A stretch of DNA of 64,000 nt, taken from positions 17,472 through 81,471 of the forward strand of contig CAZUQP010000001.1 of the NCBI GenBank assembly GCA_964622455.1. The letters are read 5' to 3'. Numbering within the stretch: position 1 is the stretch's first letter; every line of letters starts with the position of its first letter. The stretch is from an uncultured Coxiellaceae bacterium (GTDB taxonomy: Bacteria > Pseudomonadota > Gammaproteobacteria > DSM-16500). The notes under the pieces were generated by a model. That model was not told the DNA's origin, ran no database searches, and saw only the letters and a list, made by a program, of their open reading frames with translations. The translations under genes were made by a program, and so were the position numbers. This document shows positions 41,143 through 50,608 of the stretch, in pieces.

Positions 41143-42217
41143 GTTAAAGCGCGTACTCATTATGGCAGGCGGTACGGGAGGGCATGTTTTTCCCGGCCTT
41201 TCTGTGGCTAAAAAATTACGTGAAAAAAATATTCACGTCGATTGGTTGGGAACTCGGAAAGGACTTGAAGCAACACTTGTGCCAGGTGCTCATATTCCTA
41301 TTCACTTTATTTCAATCAGCGGTGTTCGCGGGAAAGGAATGAAAGATATTGCTTTAGCGCCTTTTCGTGTTGCAATTGCTATTGGCCAAGCATTTCGTAT
41401 TATTCACAAACTAAAACCAGATATCGTACTGGGGATGGGTGGTTTTGCCAGTGCACCAGGCGGGATTGCCAGTCGATTACTGGGGTATCCTTTAGTGATC
41501 CATGAACAAAATGCAATACCAGGCACAGCCAATCGTTATTTGGCTTATGTGGCAAAGAAAGTGCTTGAAGGATTTCCAGGCACTTTTTTAAAACGTGAAA
41601 AAGTCATGACGGTCGGAAACCCCGTGCGTGAAGAAATTGCGGCGCTGTCTTTTTCATTTCCAGACAAAAGGGCGCACTTTCGTTTGTTAATTCTTGGCGG
41701 AAGTTTAGGGGCTGCTGCAATTAATCAATTAGTGCCACATGCTTTACAAAAAATCCCAATCGAGCTTCGACCCGAGGTTTACCATCAAACCGGCGAAAAA
41801 CATTATGCCGATACGGTTAAAATCTATCAATCTGTTGGAGTCACGGCCAATATCGTGCCCTTTATTAAAGAAATGGATCGAGCATATACCTGGGCAGATG
41901 TAGTATTATGTAGGGCAGGAGCTTTAACGATTGCTGAGTTATGTGCGGCAGGACGGGGAGCAATTTTGGTTCCTTTTCCTGCCGCAATTGATGATCATCA
42001 AACAGCAAATGCGCATTTTATGGCGGCTCAAGAGGCAGCTTTATTGATTCAACAATCTGCATTAACTGCCGATAAATTAGCAGATGTTTTGCAGGAGCTT
42101 ATTCAATCGCCTGAGCGTTATTATGCAATGGGAAAAGCAGCATATGCATTGCGAAAAGTAGATGCAGCAGAAAGAATAATAAATATTTTTGAAGAAATAA
42201 AGCGTGAGAGGAAATAA
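41135..42217 (+). CDS. murG: UDP-GlcNAc:undecaprenyl-PP-MurNAc-pentapeptide GlcNAc transferase MurG
   Basis: 360 aa with [19 protein letters not shown] and [10 protein letters not shown] motifs. Confidence 0.95.
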
Positions 42218-42219
42218 AA

Positions 42220-43665
42220 GTGATTTGGACGTTTGAAATGGGCCGCATTAAACATATTCACTTTGTCGGTGTCGGCGGAGTGGGGATGGCGGGTATTGCC
42301 GAAGTATTGTTGAGCCAAGGTTACCATGTTTCAGGTTCTGATTTATCAGATAATGCGTTAACAAAACGTTTACGTTCTATTGGAGCGGCCATTTATCAAG
42401 GGCATGAAGCGGGCTATGTTGAACATGCGGATGTGATTGTGCGTTCATCGGCTGTGACTATGGATAATCCAGAATTAGTTGCGGCGCGTCACCAGCATAT
42501 TCCCATTGTGCAGCGTGCTGAAATGTTAGGGGAGTTGATGCGGTTTCGTTATGGGATTGCAATTGCGGGCACTCATGGCAAAACCACAACAACCAGTTTA
42601 ACGACCAGCATTTTAGCAGAAGAAGGGATGGATCCAACATTTGTCATCGGTGGGCGGTTGAATAGTGCCGGAAGCAATGCGCGTTTGGGAACGGGCCGTT
42701 ATTTAGTGGCTGAAGCTGATGAAAGTGATGCGTCCTTTTTATATTTAAAGCCGATGATTTCTGTTGTTACTAATATTGATGCCGATCATATGGCAACTTA
42801 TCACGATAATTTTAGTGAATTACGGCAGGCATTCATTGATTTTCTTCACCGGCTGCCTTTTTACGGATTGGCGGTCTTATGTATTGATGATCCTGTGGTT
42901 AAAAATATTTTATCAGAAGTCTCACGCCCGTTTGTCACTTACGGGTTTACAGAGGATGCGGATTTTCAAGCGTTATCTATTTCACAAATAGGTACTCAAA
43001 CACGATTTAAAGTAAAGCGTCCAAACGGCATGAGTATCCTCGCGATTAATTTGAATTTGCCGGGTAAACACAATGTGTTAAATGCATTAGCGGCCATTGC
43101 AGTTGCAAGCGAATTAAAAATTTCTGATCGTGCCATTCAATCTGCTTTAGAAAAATTCGCAGGCATCGGACGTCGTTTTCAAATTTATGGTGATTTTGCT
43201 TTGCCGGCGGGAGGCACTGTGACATTAGTGGATGATTACGGACATCATCCACGGGAAATTGCAGCGACATTGCAAGCGGCTCGTCATAGCTGGCCTAAGA
43301 AACGATTAGTGATGGTTTATCAGCCTCATCGTTATACCCGCACGCGCGATTTATTTCAGGAATTTTGTGATGTTTTATCGCAACCGGATGTTTTGTTATT
43401 ACTGGATATCTATTCAGCAGGTGAAGATCCTATTCTCGGTGCTGAAGGCGCTACACTTGCCAAAGCAATTGAAGAGCGCGGTATTATCACTCCCATTTTT
43501 GTGGGGCAGCATAAAGCGCTTGCTGAGACATTGCGAAATATTTTGCGGGAGGGTGATATTTTATTGATGCAAGGCGCTGGTAACATTGGCGGATTGGCAT
43601 CTCATTTGGCGGCAACGCATTTGCGTGAATCTGTTCCTGAAACTCGACTGAGTGAGATTGGATAG
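42220..43665 (+). CDS. murC: UDP-N-acetylmuramate--L-alanine ligase
   Basis: [30 protein letters not shown]. The start is GTG 42220 or ATG 42238. Confidence 0.94.
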   Translation: MIWTFEMGRIKHIHFVGVGGVGMAGIAEVLLSQGYHVSGSDLSDNALTKRLRSIGAAIYQGHEAGYVEHADVIVRSSAVTMDNPELVAARHQHIPIVQRAEMLGELMRFRYGIAIAGTHGKTTTTSLTTSILAEEGMDPTFVIGGRLNSAGSNARLGTGRYLVAEADESDASFLYLKPMISVVTNIDADHMATYHDNFSELRQAFIDFLHRLPFYGLAVLCIDDPVVKNILSEVSRPFVTYGFTEDADFQALSISQIGTQTRFKVKRPNGMSILAINLNLPGKHNVLNALAAIAVASELKISDRAIQSALEKFAGIGRRFQIYGDFALPAGGTVTLVDDYGHHPREIAATLQAARHSWPKKRLVMVYQPHRYTRTRDLFQEFCDVLSQPDVLLLLDIYSAGEDPILGAEGATLAKAIEERGIITPIFVGQHKALAETLRNILREGDILLMQGAGNIGGLASHLAATHLRESVPETRLSEIG

Positions 43666-44577
43666 ATGCTAACTGATCTAAAAAATATTCGCGGTTCTTT
43701 ATCTCTTAAAAAGCCTTTAGCTGAATACACCTCATGGCGTGTGGGCGGTGCTGCGGATTATCTTTATGTTCCGGCAGATTTAGAGGATTTAGCATCTTTT
43801 CTCAGTCAATTGCCAAACCATATACCCTTATTATGGTTAGGATTAGGCAGTAATGTATTAATTCGGGACGGCGGCATTGAAGGTGCAGTGATCGTGACGC
43901 AAGGCGCTTTAAATCAAATTGTACAAAGAGATACGAAATTAATTCGTGCAGAAGCGGGCGTATCTTGTGCGCAATTTGCAAGATATACTGCTCGTTTAGG
44001 ATTAACAGGCGCTGAATTTATGGCGGGAATTCCAGGCACGGTTGGCGGTGCATTGGCCATGAACGCAGGTTGCTATGGCGGTGAAACATGGCAGCGTGTG
44101 CATCAAGTTGAAACGATAGACCGCTTTGGAAAAATACATTTACGAAATGCTCACGAGTTTGAAGTGGCCTATCGTCATGTTAAACGTTTGCCTGATGAAT
44201 GGTTTCTTTCCGGTCATTTTGCTTTAGCATTGGGTGATAAAGCAAAAGCACTTCAAGATATTAAGTCATTATTAGAAAAACGTAATGCAGCCCAACCGAC
44301 AGGATTACCCAATTGTGGATCAGTTTTTAGGAATCCCCCCGGAAAATACGCAGGACAACTCATTGAGTGCTCTGGTTTAAAAAATGCGGCCATTGGTGGT
44401 GCTTATGTTTCTCCGAAACACGCTAACTTTATTATTAACGGCGGATCAGCCTCTGCTGCAGATATCGAGGGATTGATTGCGCATGTTCGGGAAACTGTTT
44501 TAAAAGAACAAGGGATCGATTTAATGCCGGAAGTTTGTATTATGGGTAAGCCTATAGATTCTGATCCTCATTTCTAG
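43666..44577 (+). CDS. murB: UDP-N-acetylenolpyruvoylglucosamine reductase
   Basis: 303 aa with an FAD-binding PCMH domain (LGLGSNVLIRDGG, GIPGTVGGA) and C-terminal GSVFRNP. Confidence 0.94.
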   Translation: MLTDLKNIRGSLSLKKPLAEYTSWRVGGAADYLYVPADLEDLASFLSQLPNHIPLLWLGLGSNVLIRDGGIEGAVIVTQGALNQIVQRDTKLIRAEAGVSCAQFARYTARLGLTGAEFMAGIPGTVGGALAMNAGCYGGETWQRVHQVETIDRFGKIHLRNAHEFEVAYRHVKRLPDEWFLSGHFALALGDKAKALQDIKSLLEKRNAAQPTGLPNCGSVFRNPPGKYAGQLIECSGLKNAAIGGAYVSPKHANFIINGGSASAADIEGLIAHVRETVLKEQGIDLMPEVCIMGKPIDSDPHF

Positions 44578-44613
44578 GATAATAGGCAAAATTAGCTTGC
44601 GTAAGGCGGGAAC

Positions 44614-45351
44614 ATGGTTCTGAGCAGGACAGGGAAACGCCAATCGGATATTCAATTTCCATGGAAGGGGGGAATTAAAACCTTTCTATTTCTTATATTC
44701 CTAGCAGCCACTTTTTTCTTTGTTAATAAAATAAAAGAGCATTATGATTTTTCTATCAAAGAAGTTAAAGTATACGGCGTAAAATATCTTGATCAACAAG
44801 AAATGCAGCATCTTTTAAGTCCTTTGGTGAAAAAAAGTTTTTTTGCCATTCAACTTGAACAAATCAAAGAACAACTTCTAGAAATGCCCTGGGTAGCGGA
44901 TGCATCAGTGAGACGCGTTTGGCCTGATCAAGTTATTATTACAGTCGCTGAAAAAAATGCGATTGCGCGCTGGAACAATAATAATTTATTAAGTTCGACA
45001 GGCGAAATATTTAGTCCAAATATGAATACTTATCCTGCAGATCTTCCGCAATTTGTAGGGCCTGACGGCGAACAAATTCATATGTTAGAATATTACGAAA
45101 AAATAAATACTTTATTAAAGCCTTTGCGTTTAAAAATGACACGGCTTGAGTTAACACCCGATTTATCTTGGAATATGATATTTGATGGCGGGATGAAAGT
45201 GAATTTAGGTTACAAAGATATCTTGACTCGCGTGCATCATTTTGTGAAAGTGTATCCCAAAATAGTCGGTGAACGGGGATCTATTGATGTAGAATATGTT
45301 GATCTTCGTTATTCAAACGGGTTAGCGGTTCGGTGGAAAACGGTTTTATAA
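44614..45351 (+). CDS. ftsQ: Cell division protein FtsQ
   Basis: 245 aa with an N-terminal TM plus POTRA domain (VKVYGVKYLDQQEMQHLL), upstream of ftsA. Confidence 0.88.
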   Translation: MVLSRTGKRQSDIQFPWKGGIKTFLFLIFLAATFFFVNKIKEHYDFSIKEVKVYGVKYLDQQEMQHLLSPLVKKSFFAIQLEQIKEQLLEMPWVADASVRRVWPDQVIITVAEKNAIARWNNNNLLSSTGEIFSPNMNTYPADLPQFVGPDGEQIHMLEYYEKINTLLKPLRLKMTRLELTPDLSWNMIFDGGMKVNLGYKDILTRVHHFVKVYPKIVGERGSIDVEYVDLRYSNGLAVRWKTVL

Positions 45352-45367
45352 ACTGGAAGACATAACT

Positions 45368-46600
45368 ATGGCAAAGAAGCCAAAAAAAGATTTTATGGTA
45401 GGTATTGATATCGGCACATCCAAAGTCGTTGCGATTGTGGGTGAAGTGACGAGTGATGGCAAACTAAATGTGGTTGGATTAGGTTCGCACCCCTCCCAAG
45501 GTTTAAAGCGCGGTGTGGTTGTGAATATTGAATCAACCGTTCAATCCATACAGCGGGCTGTTGAAGAAGCGGAGCTTATGGCAGGATGTCAAATTTATTC
45601 TGCTTTTACCGGTATTGCAGGCAGTCATATTCGCAGTATTAATTCTCATGGCATTGTGGCCATTCGTGACCGTGAAGTCACTCATGCAGACGTTGACCGC
45701 GTCATTGATGCAGCCAAAGCAGTTGCTATTCCTGCTGATCAAAAAATCCTCCATATTTTACCGCAAGAATTTATTATTGACAGCCAAGATTCTATTCGTG
45801 AACCCGTTGGCATGGCAGGCGTCCGTCTTGAGGCCAAGGTGCATATTGTGACGGGTGCTGTGAGTGCTGCACAAAACATCGTGAAATGTTTGAAACGCTG
45901 CGGTTTAGCAGCAAGCGACATTGTGCTTGAGCAATTTGCATCGAGCCAATCCATTTTATCTGACGATGAAAAAGAATTAGGGGTTTGTATGGTGGATATT
46001 GGCGGCGGTACAACGGATATCGCTATTTTTACCAATGGTTCAGTTCGATATACAGCCGTTATTCCAATCGCAGGTGATCAAGTCACGAATGACATTGCGA
46101 TTGCATTACGTATTCCTGCAAGAAATGCAGAAGATATTAAATTAAAACACGCATCCGCATTACAAGATTTAGCGGATACCAATCATATGATTGATTTACC
46201 GAGCAGCAGTGACCGTCCGGGCCGACATATTTCAAAGCGTGCTTTAGCGGAAGTCGTAGAAGCGCGTTATGAAGAATTGTTTAAGTTAGTTCTTGCCGAA
46301 ATTCATCGCAGCGGTCTTTACGAATCAATTGCCGCAGGCGTTGTTTTAACGGGCGGTGCTTCTAAGGTGGAAGGGGCGATTGAATTGGCGGAACGTGTTT
46401 TTAAAATGCCGGTGCGCATTGGTGCGCCACAACAAGTCACGGGCCTTCCAGAAATTATTAATAATCCCATTTATGCAACAGGTGTAGGGCTTTTGTTATA
46501 CGGGATGCAGCAACAACGCGATACGCAGCGTGAAGTGATGCAATCTAATATCAAAAGTTTATTGGGCAGAATGAAAGGTTGGTTTCAGGGGAATTTTTAA
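45368..46600 (+). CDS. ftsA: Cell division protein FtsA
   Basis: 410 aa actin-like ATPase with GIDIGTSKVVAIVGE, VDIGGGTTDIAIF and a C-terminal amphipathic helix. Confidence 0.96.
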   Translation: MAKKPKKDFMVGIDIGTSKVVAIVGEVTSDGKLNVVGLGSHPSQGLKRGVVVNIESTVQSIQRAVEEAELMAGCQIYSAFTGIAGSHIRSINSHGIVAIRDREVTHADVDRVIDAAKAVAIPADQKILHILPQEFIIDSQDSIREPVGMAGVRLEAKVHIVTGAVSAAQNIVKCLKRCGLAASDIVLEQFASSQSILSDDEKELGVCMVDIGGGTTDIAIFTNGSVRYTAVIPIAGDQVTNDIAIALRIPARNAEDIKLKHASALQDLADTNHMIDLPSSSDRPGRHISKRALAEVVEARYEELFKLVLAEIHRSGLYESIAAGVVLTGGASKVEGAIELAERVFKMPVRIGAPQQVTGLPEIINNPIYATGVGLLLYGMQQQRDTQREVMQSNIKSLLGRMKGWFQGNF

Positions 46601-46612
46601 AGGAGTCGTCAT

Positions 46613-47779
46613 ATGTTTGAATTAGCAACGAATTCACAAAATGCAGTAATCAAGGTGATCGGGATTGGCGGTGGCGGCGGTAATGCTGTTGAGCATATGA
46701 TGGCGGCTTCCATTGAAGGGGTTGAATTTATTTGTGCGAATACAGATGCGCAAGCATTAAAAAATTCCTCAGCGAATACGATTATACAATTGGGTGATAG
46801 CATCACGCGCGGATTGGGTGCGGGTGCTAATCCTGAAATCGGTCGTCGTTCAGCGGAAGAAGACCGTGAACGCATCAAATCTGCATTGAGCGGTGCTGAT
46901 ATTGTATTTTTGACAGCGGGAATGGGGGGCGGTACAGGGACAGGTGCAGCACCTATTTTTGCGCAAATTGCAAAAGAGTTAGGAATCTTAACTGTTGCAG
47001 TCACTACAAAACCTTTTTCTTTTGAAGGTAAAGTCCGTATGCAAGTGGCGGAACAAGGGATTGCACATCTTACGCAATATGTGGATTCGTTAATTACTAT
47101 TCCGAATAATAAATTGCTGACGGTATTGGGCAAAAACGTGACCTTGATTAATGCATTTAGAGCAGCCAATGAAGTATTGCGTGGCGCTGTTCAAGGGATT
47201 GCAGAATTAATTACGCGTCCGGGCTTAATTAATGTTGATTTTGCGGATGTGCGCACAGTCATGTCTGAAATGGGGATGGCAATGATGGGTACAGGCGTTG
47301 CATCGGGTGAAGATCGTGCACGATTAGCGGCTGAAGCTGCTATTTCAAGTCCATTGTTAGAAGATGTTGATATGACGGGCGCGCGCGGTGTATTAGTCAA
47401 TATTACCGCGGGTCTTGATATGTCGATTGGTGAATTTGAAGAAGTGGGTGATGCGATTAAAAGCATTACTTCAGAAGGCGCAACGGTTGTGGTCGGCACT
47501 GTCATTGATCCAGAATTACGAGATGAAGTGCGGGTCACTGTGATTGTCACAGGTTTGGGTCGTAAACAGACTTCGTCCGGCAGATCAGTCCATGGATCAC
47601 GATTAGATGGATCCATTGATTATCATCAATTAGAAAAACCGGCAGTTATGCGCCGTCATGCAACGAGTGCCTCAACGACACACGCAGCACAAAAACAATC
47701 GACAGAGACAGTTGCTCAAGAGGTGGATTATTTAGATATTCCAGCGTTCTTGCGCCGTAAAGAAGAAGTGGATGCTTAA
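46613..47779 (+). CDS. ftsZ: Cell division GTPase FtsZ
   Basis: 388 aa with IKVIGIGGGGGNAV, the tubulin signature GGGTGTGAAP, and the C-terminal DYLDIPAFLRR peptide. Confidence 0.97.
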   Translation: MFELATNSQNAVIKVIGIGGGGGNAVEHMMAASIEGVEFICANTDAQALKNSSANTIIQLGDSITRGLGAGANPEIGRRSAEEDRERIKSALSGADIVFLTAGMGGGTGTGAAPIFAQIAKELGILTVAVTTKPFSFEGKVRMQVAEQGIAHLTQYVDSLITIPNNKLLTVLGKNVTLINAFRAANEVLRGAVQGIAELITRPGLINVDFADVRTVMSEMGMAMMGTGVASGEDRARLAAEAAISSPLLEDVDMTGARGVLVNITAGLDMSIGEFEEVGDAIKSITSEGATVVVGTVIDPELRDEVRVTVIVTGLGRKQTSSGRSVHGSRLDGSIDYHQLEKPAVMRRHATSASTTHAAQKQSTETVAQEVDYLDIPAFLRRKEEVDA

Positions 47780-47786
47780 AACAAAT

Positions 47787-48971
47787 TTATTTATTCTGCG
47801 GTTTTTTGCTTAATTGATTCGGATCAATGGACAGAATAGTAGATATTTTCTCTATCAACTTTTTGTCTTCTTTGTTTGATTTTGGACCGTTATATATCTC
47901 GCGCATCGCCTGAGAAATATCCCCTGCGCTTTTATCGGGATTTTTAATGGCATTTGCCAAATTTTCAAATAAATTTATTTTTTCTGCAATGTCTTTTATG
48001 GATGTTGCGTGGCTAGGAAAAAGAGAAAACATATCTTTCGAATCTTTTTTTTCTGGATCAGTATTTTTTGCTTCAAATAAAGCTTCTTTGAATGCGGCAA
48101 TGTGAGTGTATAGGGGAATCAACGCAGTTTTTCTTTCTTGAGAAACATGGGGAACAGGAATTCCATGATGGAAGTTAGGGTTGTTATCTAAGGTGCGTCG
48201 AATATCTTTACCAGAATAAACGCGGTGGCTTAATATATGGTTTAGATGGCGAACTATATTTTTTTGCTCATTTTGATATTGAAGTGAATATTTTTTTCGT
48301 TGTTTCTCTATAAGAGGTAATTGTGTTTTTAGTTTTGTAATGTGGTCGTCGATCTCTTTTGAGTCTTTAGATTTTAATTTTAATTCTCTAATTTGTTTAT
48401 GGAGAGCGATTTTTTGCTCAAGATAAAATTCTTCTTCTCTTTTTAAATTAAGCATGAATTTTTCATTTAAAGCTTGACTAAGTTGCTCGTCATATTGTTT
48501 TTTTGCATCAGATGTTAGTCCTTCAATGTAAAGATTGTTTCCATCCTGATTGCTGGTAAGGAGAACTTTTGCCAATGGAGCTTCTGATATACGATTAGTA
48601 AATGCGTTTACTTGAATATGTTGATATTCCTTATGTTTATGTAGCTCTGCGGTAAACTGTTCAACATAACTAGCTTCATCACTGACTTCACCGATGTTAC
48701 AGCCTACCAGGTCAATTATTTTTATGGTTTTAGGCAAATTGTAACAAAGCAAATCCGCAGCTAACATTTTTGCTGTTAATCGTTTAATGCCAAATACTTC
48801 GCGACTCCCATGTCCCAATAAAGTGAGACGATCATCTTCGGTTTTTGCTATGAGAGGTGCATTTTCTTCGCAATAATTAATGACATTTTCGCCATATTTT
48901 TTAGCTAAATGAGTTGCAGCGATATCAATTGTGCGGGGATTAGGATCTTCTGACAAAAGAGAAATAATCAT
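47787..48971 (-). CDS. Orphan protein: N-terminal clan-CD cysteine peptidase-like domain (C80 / CPD-like His-Cys dyad) plus long helical/coiled-coil C-terminal region; effector-like
   Basis: MIISLLSEDP..., RLTLLGHGS (His54, codon 48810-48812) and IKIIDLVGCNIG (Cys91, codon 48699-48701). Each motif follows a hydrophobic strand, and they are spaced 37 aa apart. This pattern recalls the TcdB (FIGHGK / LLGCNMF) and MARTX self-cleaving domains. The rest is K/E/Q-rich helical sequence. Confidence 0.5.
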   Translation of the reverse strand: MIISLLSEDPNPRTIDIAATHLAKKYGENVINYCEENAPLIAKTEDDRLTLLGHGSREVFGIKRLTAKMLAADLLCYNLPKTIKIIDLVGCNIGEVSDEASYVEQFTAELHKHKEYQHIQVNAFTNRISEAPLAKVLLTSNQDGNNLYIEGLTSDAKKQYDEQLSQALNEKFMLNLKREEEFYLEQKIALHKQIRELKLKSKDSKEIDDHITKLKTQLPLIEKQRKKYSLQYQNEQKNIVRHLNHILSHRVYSGKDIRRTLDNNPNFHHGIPVPHVSQERKTALIPLYTHIAAFKEALFEAKNTDPEKKDSKDMFSLFPSHATSIKDIAEKINLFENLANAIKNPDKSAGDISQAMREIYNGPKSNKEDKKLIEKISTILSIDPNQLSKKPQNK

Positions 48972-49143
48972 TCCAATTCCACCCCGTTTTTATTCATAAT
49001 TCTATTGCTATTGCCTTTTTATCAGTATAACATCCCTCGGTTTGTTAGGGGTATCACCCCGGTAAGATTAGGTAAATTATTAATTTCACACACAATCTTT
49101 ATTGTGTTACCATTGATCAACTGACTAAAAAGTGATAACAGGA

Positions 49144-50064
49144 ATGATTAAACAAAGAACCTTAAAAAATGTTATTAAGGCGACAGGAATTACATTGCAT
49201 GGCGGCGAGCGGGCTGAGTTGACCTTACGTCCAGCGCCCCCTAATACTGGCATTATTTTTCAACGTACCGATCTTGACCCCATTATTTTAATCTCTGCCT
49301 TGGCTGAAAATGTCGGGGATACCACGTTATCAACCGCTCTTGCGAAAGATGGCATAAGAGTTTCGACCGTCGAACATTTACTTTCTGCCATGGCGGGTTT
49401 AGGCATTGATAATGCTTATGTGGATGTCACTGCATCTGAAATTCCTATCATGGATGGGAGTGCTGGCCCCTTTGTTTTCCTCATCCAATCGGCTGGCATT
49501 AAAGAGCAAAATGCGCCTAAGCGTTTTATCCGTATAAAACGCAAAGTCGTCATCAAAGATGGCGATAAATGGGCTTGTTTTGAGCCTTTTGAAGGATTTA
49601 AAGTGACGTTTACCATTGAATTTGATCACCCTGTTTTTAAATCTCATGCTAAAACGGCAACGCTTGATTTTTCAAGCACCTCTTACGTCAAAGAAGTCAG
49701 CCGTGCAAGAACCTTTGGTTTTATGGCGGATTTTGAGAAATTGCAATCTATGAATTTGGCACGCGGTGCCAGCTTAGATAATGCAGTTGCTGTTGATGAT
49801 TTTCGCGTCTTAAATGAAGATGGTTTACGCTACGAAGATGAATTTGTGCGGCATAAAATCTTAGATGCAGTAGGCGATTTATATTTATTAGGTTCTAGTT
49901 TAATTGGTGCTTTCAGCGGGTATAAATCGGGACACGCTTTAAATAACAAATTACTCCGTAAATTGCTGGCTAAACAAGAAGCGTGGGAATATGTCACCTT
50001 TGAAGATGCAGCTGATGCGCCGATTTCTTATGTTAAGCCAATGCTTCTGCTCGATGCTTCCTGA
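49144..50064 (+). CDS. lpxC: UDP-3-O-acyl-N-acetylglucosamine deacetylase
   Basis: [21 protein letters not shown]..., with HxxxD zinc/active-site motifs ([18 protein letters not shown]). The ATG at 49144 gives 306 aa. Confidence 0.95.
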   Translation: MIKQRTLKNVIKATGITLHGGERAELTLRPAPPNTGIIFQRTDLDPIILISALAENVGDTTLSTALAKDGIRVSTVEHLLSAMAGLGIDNAYVDVTASEIPIMDGSAGPFVFLIQSAGIKEQNAPKRFIRIKRKVVIKDGDKWACFEPFEGFKVTFTIEFDHPVFKSHAKTATLDFSSTSYVKEVSRARTFGFMADFEKLQSMNLARGASLDNAVAVDDFRVLNEDGLRYEDEFVRHKILDAVGDLYLLGSSLIGAFSGYKSGHALNNKLLRKLLAKQEAWEYVTFEDAADAPISYVKPMLLLDAS

Positions 50065-50068
50065 AAAT

Positions 50069-50572
50069 TCAGAAAGAACGCTCTGCTATTTTCTTTAAAA
50101 CAGCCTTTAATTTTTTATCTTGAATTTTATGAGCCGTGCTTTGCAAAACATCTGCCGTATTTTTTGAAATGGTCAAGCGTTGCCGTCTTATTTTTTTAGG
50201 CGCCGCATTGTAGAGAGGTTTTACCTTGCAGCAAATGGCTTGAATCTGTTTAAGATCTGGATGATGGCGTAGTTTTATGAGTAAGTCAGGGATAAAAAAA
50301 CGAAATCGCGTGACCCAATGCGGATTGTCAGCGATGACGATGAGTGCTGCTTTATCTAAACCAACAATATGGCAATGTTCAGTTAATAAGGGTTCATCAG
50401 GCAAAGCATCGCGTAACCTACTGTTCCACAAGGCAAGCTGGTTTAATTTTAAAAGCAATGAATTAAGCGTCTTGCTTTCTTGCTGGAAATAAGTGGTAAG
50501 GGTTAAGTAAGCCATAGAGTTTATCATAGCATAACCGTTTGACTTTTCATCTAAATTAGGTAATGCTTCCAC
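50069..50572 (-). CDS. DUF721 / DciA-like protein
   Basis: It contains W..L..ALP....[38 protein letters not shown], typical of DUF721 proteins, in the lpxC-secA interval as in several gammaproteobacteria. The N-terminal start is uncertain. Confidence 0.5.
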   Translation of the reverse strand: MEALPNLDEKSNGYAMINSMAYLTLTTYFQQESKTLNSLLLKLNQLALWNSRLRDALPDEPLLTEHCHIVGLDKAALIVIADNPHWVTRFRFFIPDLLIKLRHHPDLKQIQAICCKVKPLYNAAPKKIRRQRLTISKNTADVLQSTAHKIQDKKLKAVLKKIAERSF

Positions 50573-50608
50573 CTATTTTTATCACTCTTTAGAGAATGTA
50601 TTTATCTT

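Noticed and set aside
46609-47616. 186-aa and 141-aa ORFs antisense to ftsZ
   Set aside because: These are shadow ORFs opposite a strongly conserved, codon-biased gene. Their low-complexity A/P/S/T-rich translations are typical of antisense frames.
48972-49131. PmrA-like box upstream of the CPD-like gene
   Set aside because: TTAAT and CTAAT motifs are present (GAAATTAATAATTTACCTAATCTTA) but at 12-bp rather than 11-bp spacing. It was not counted.
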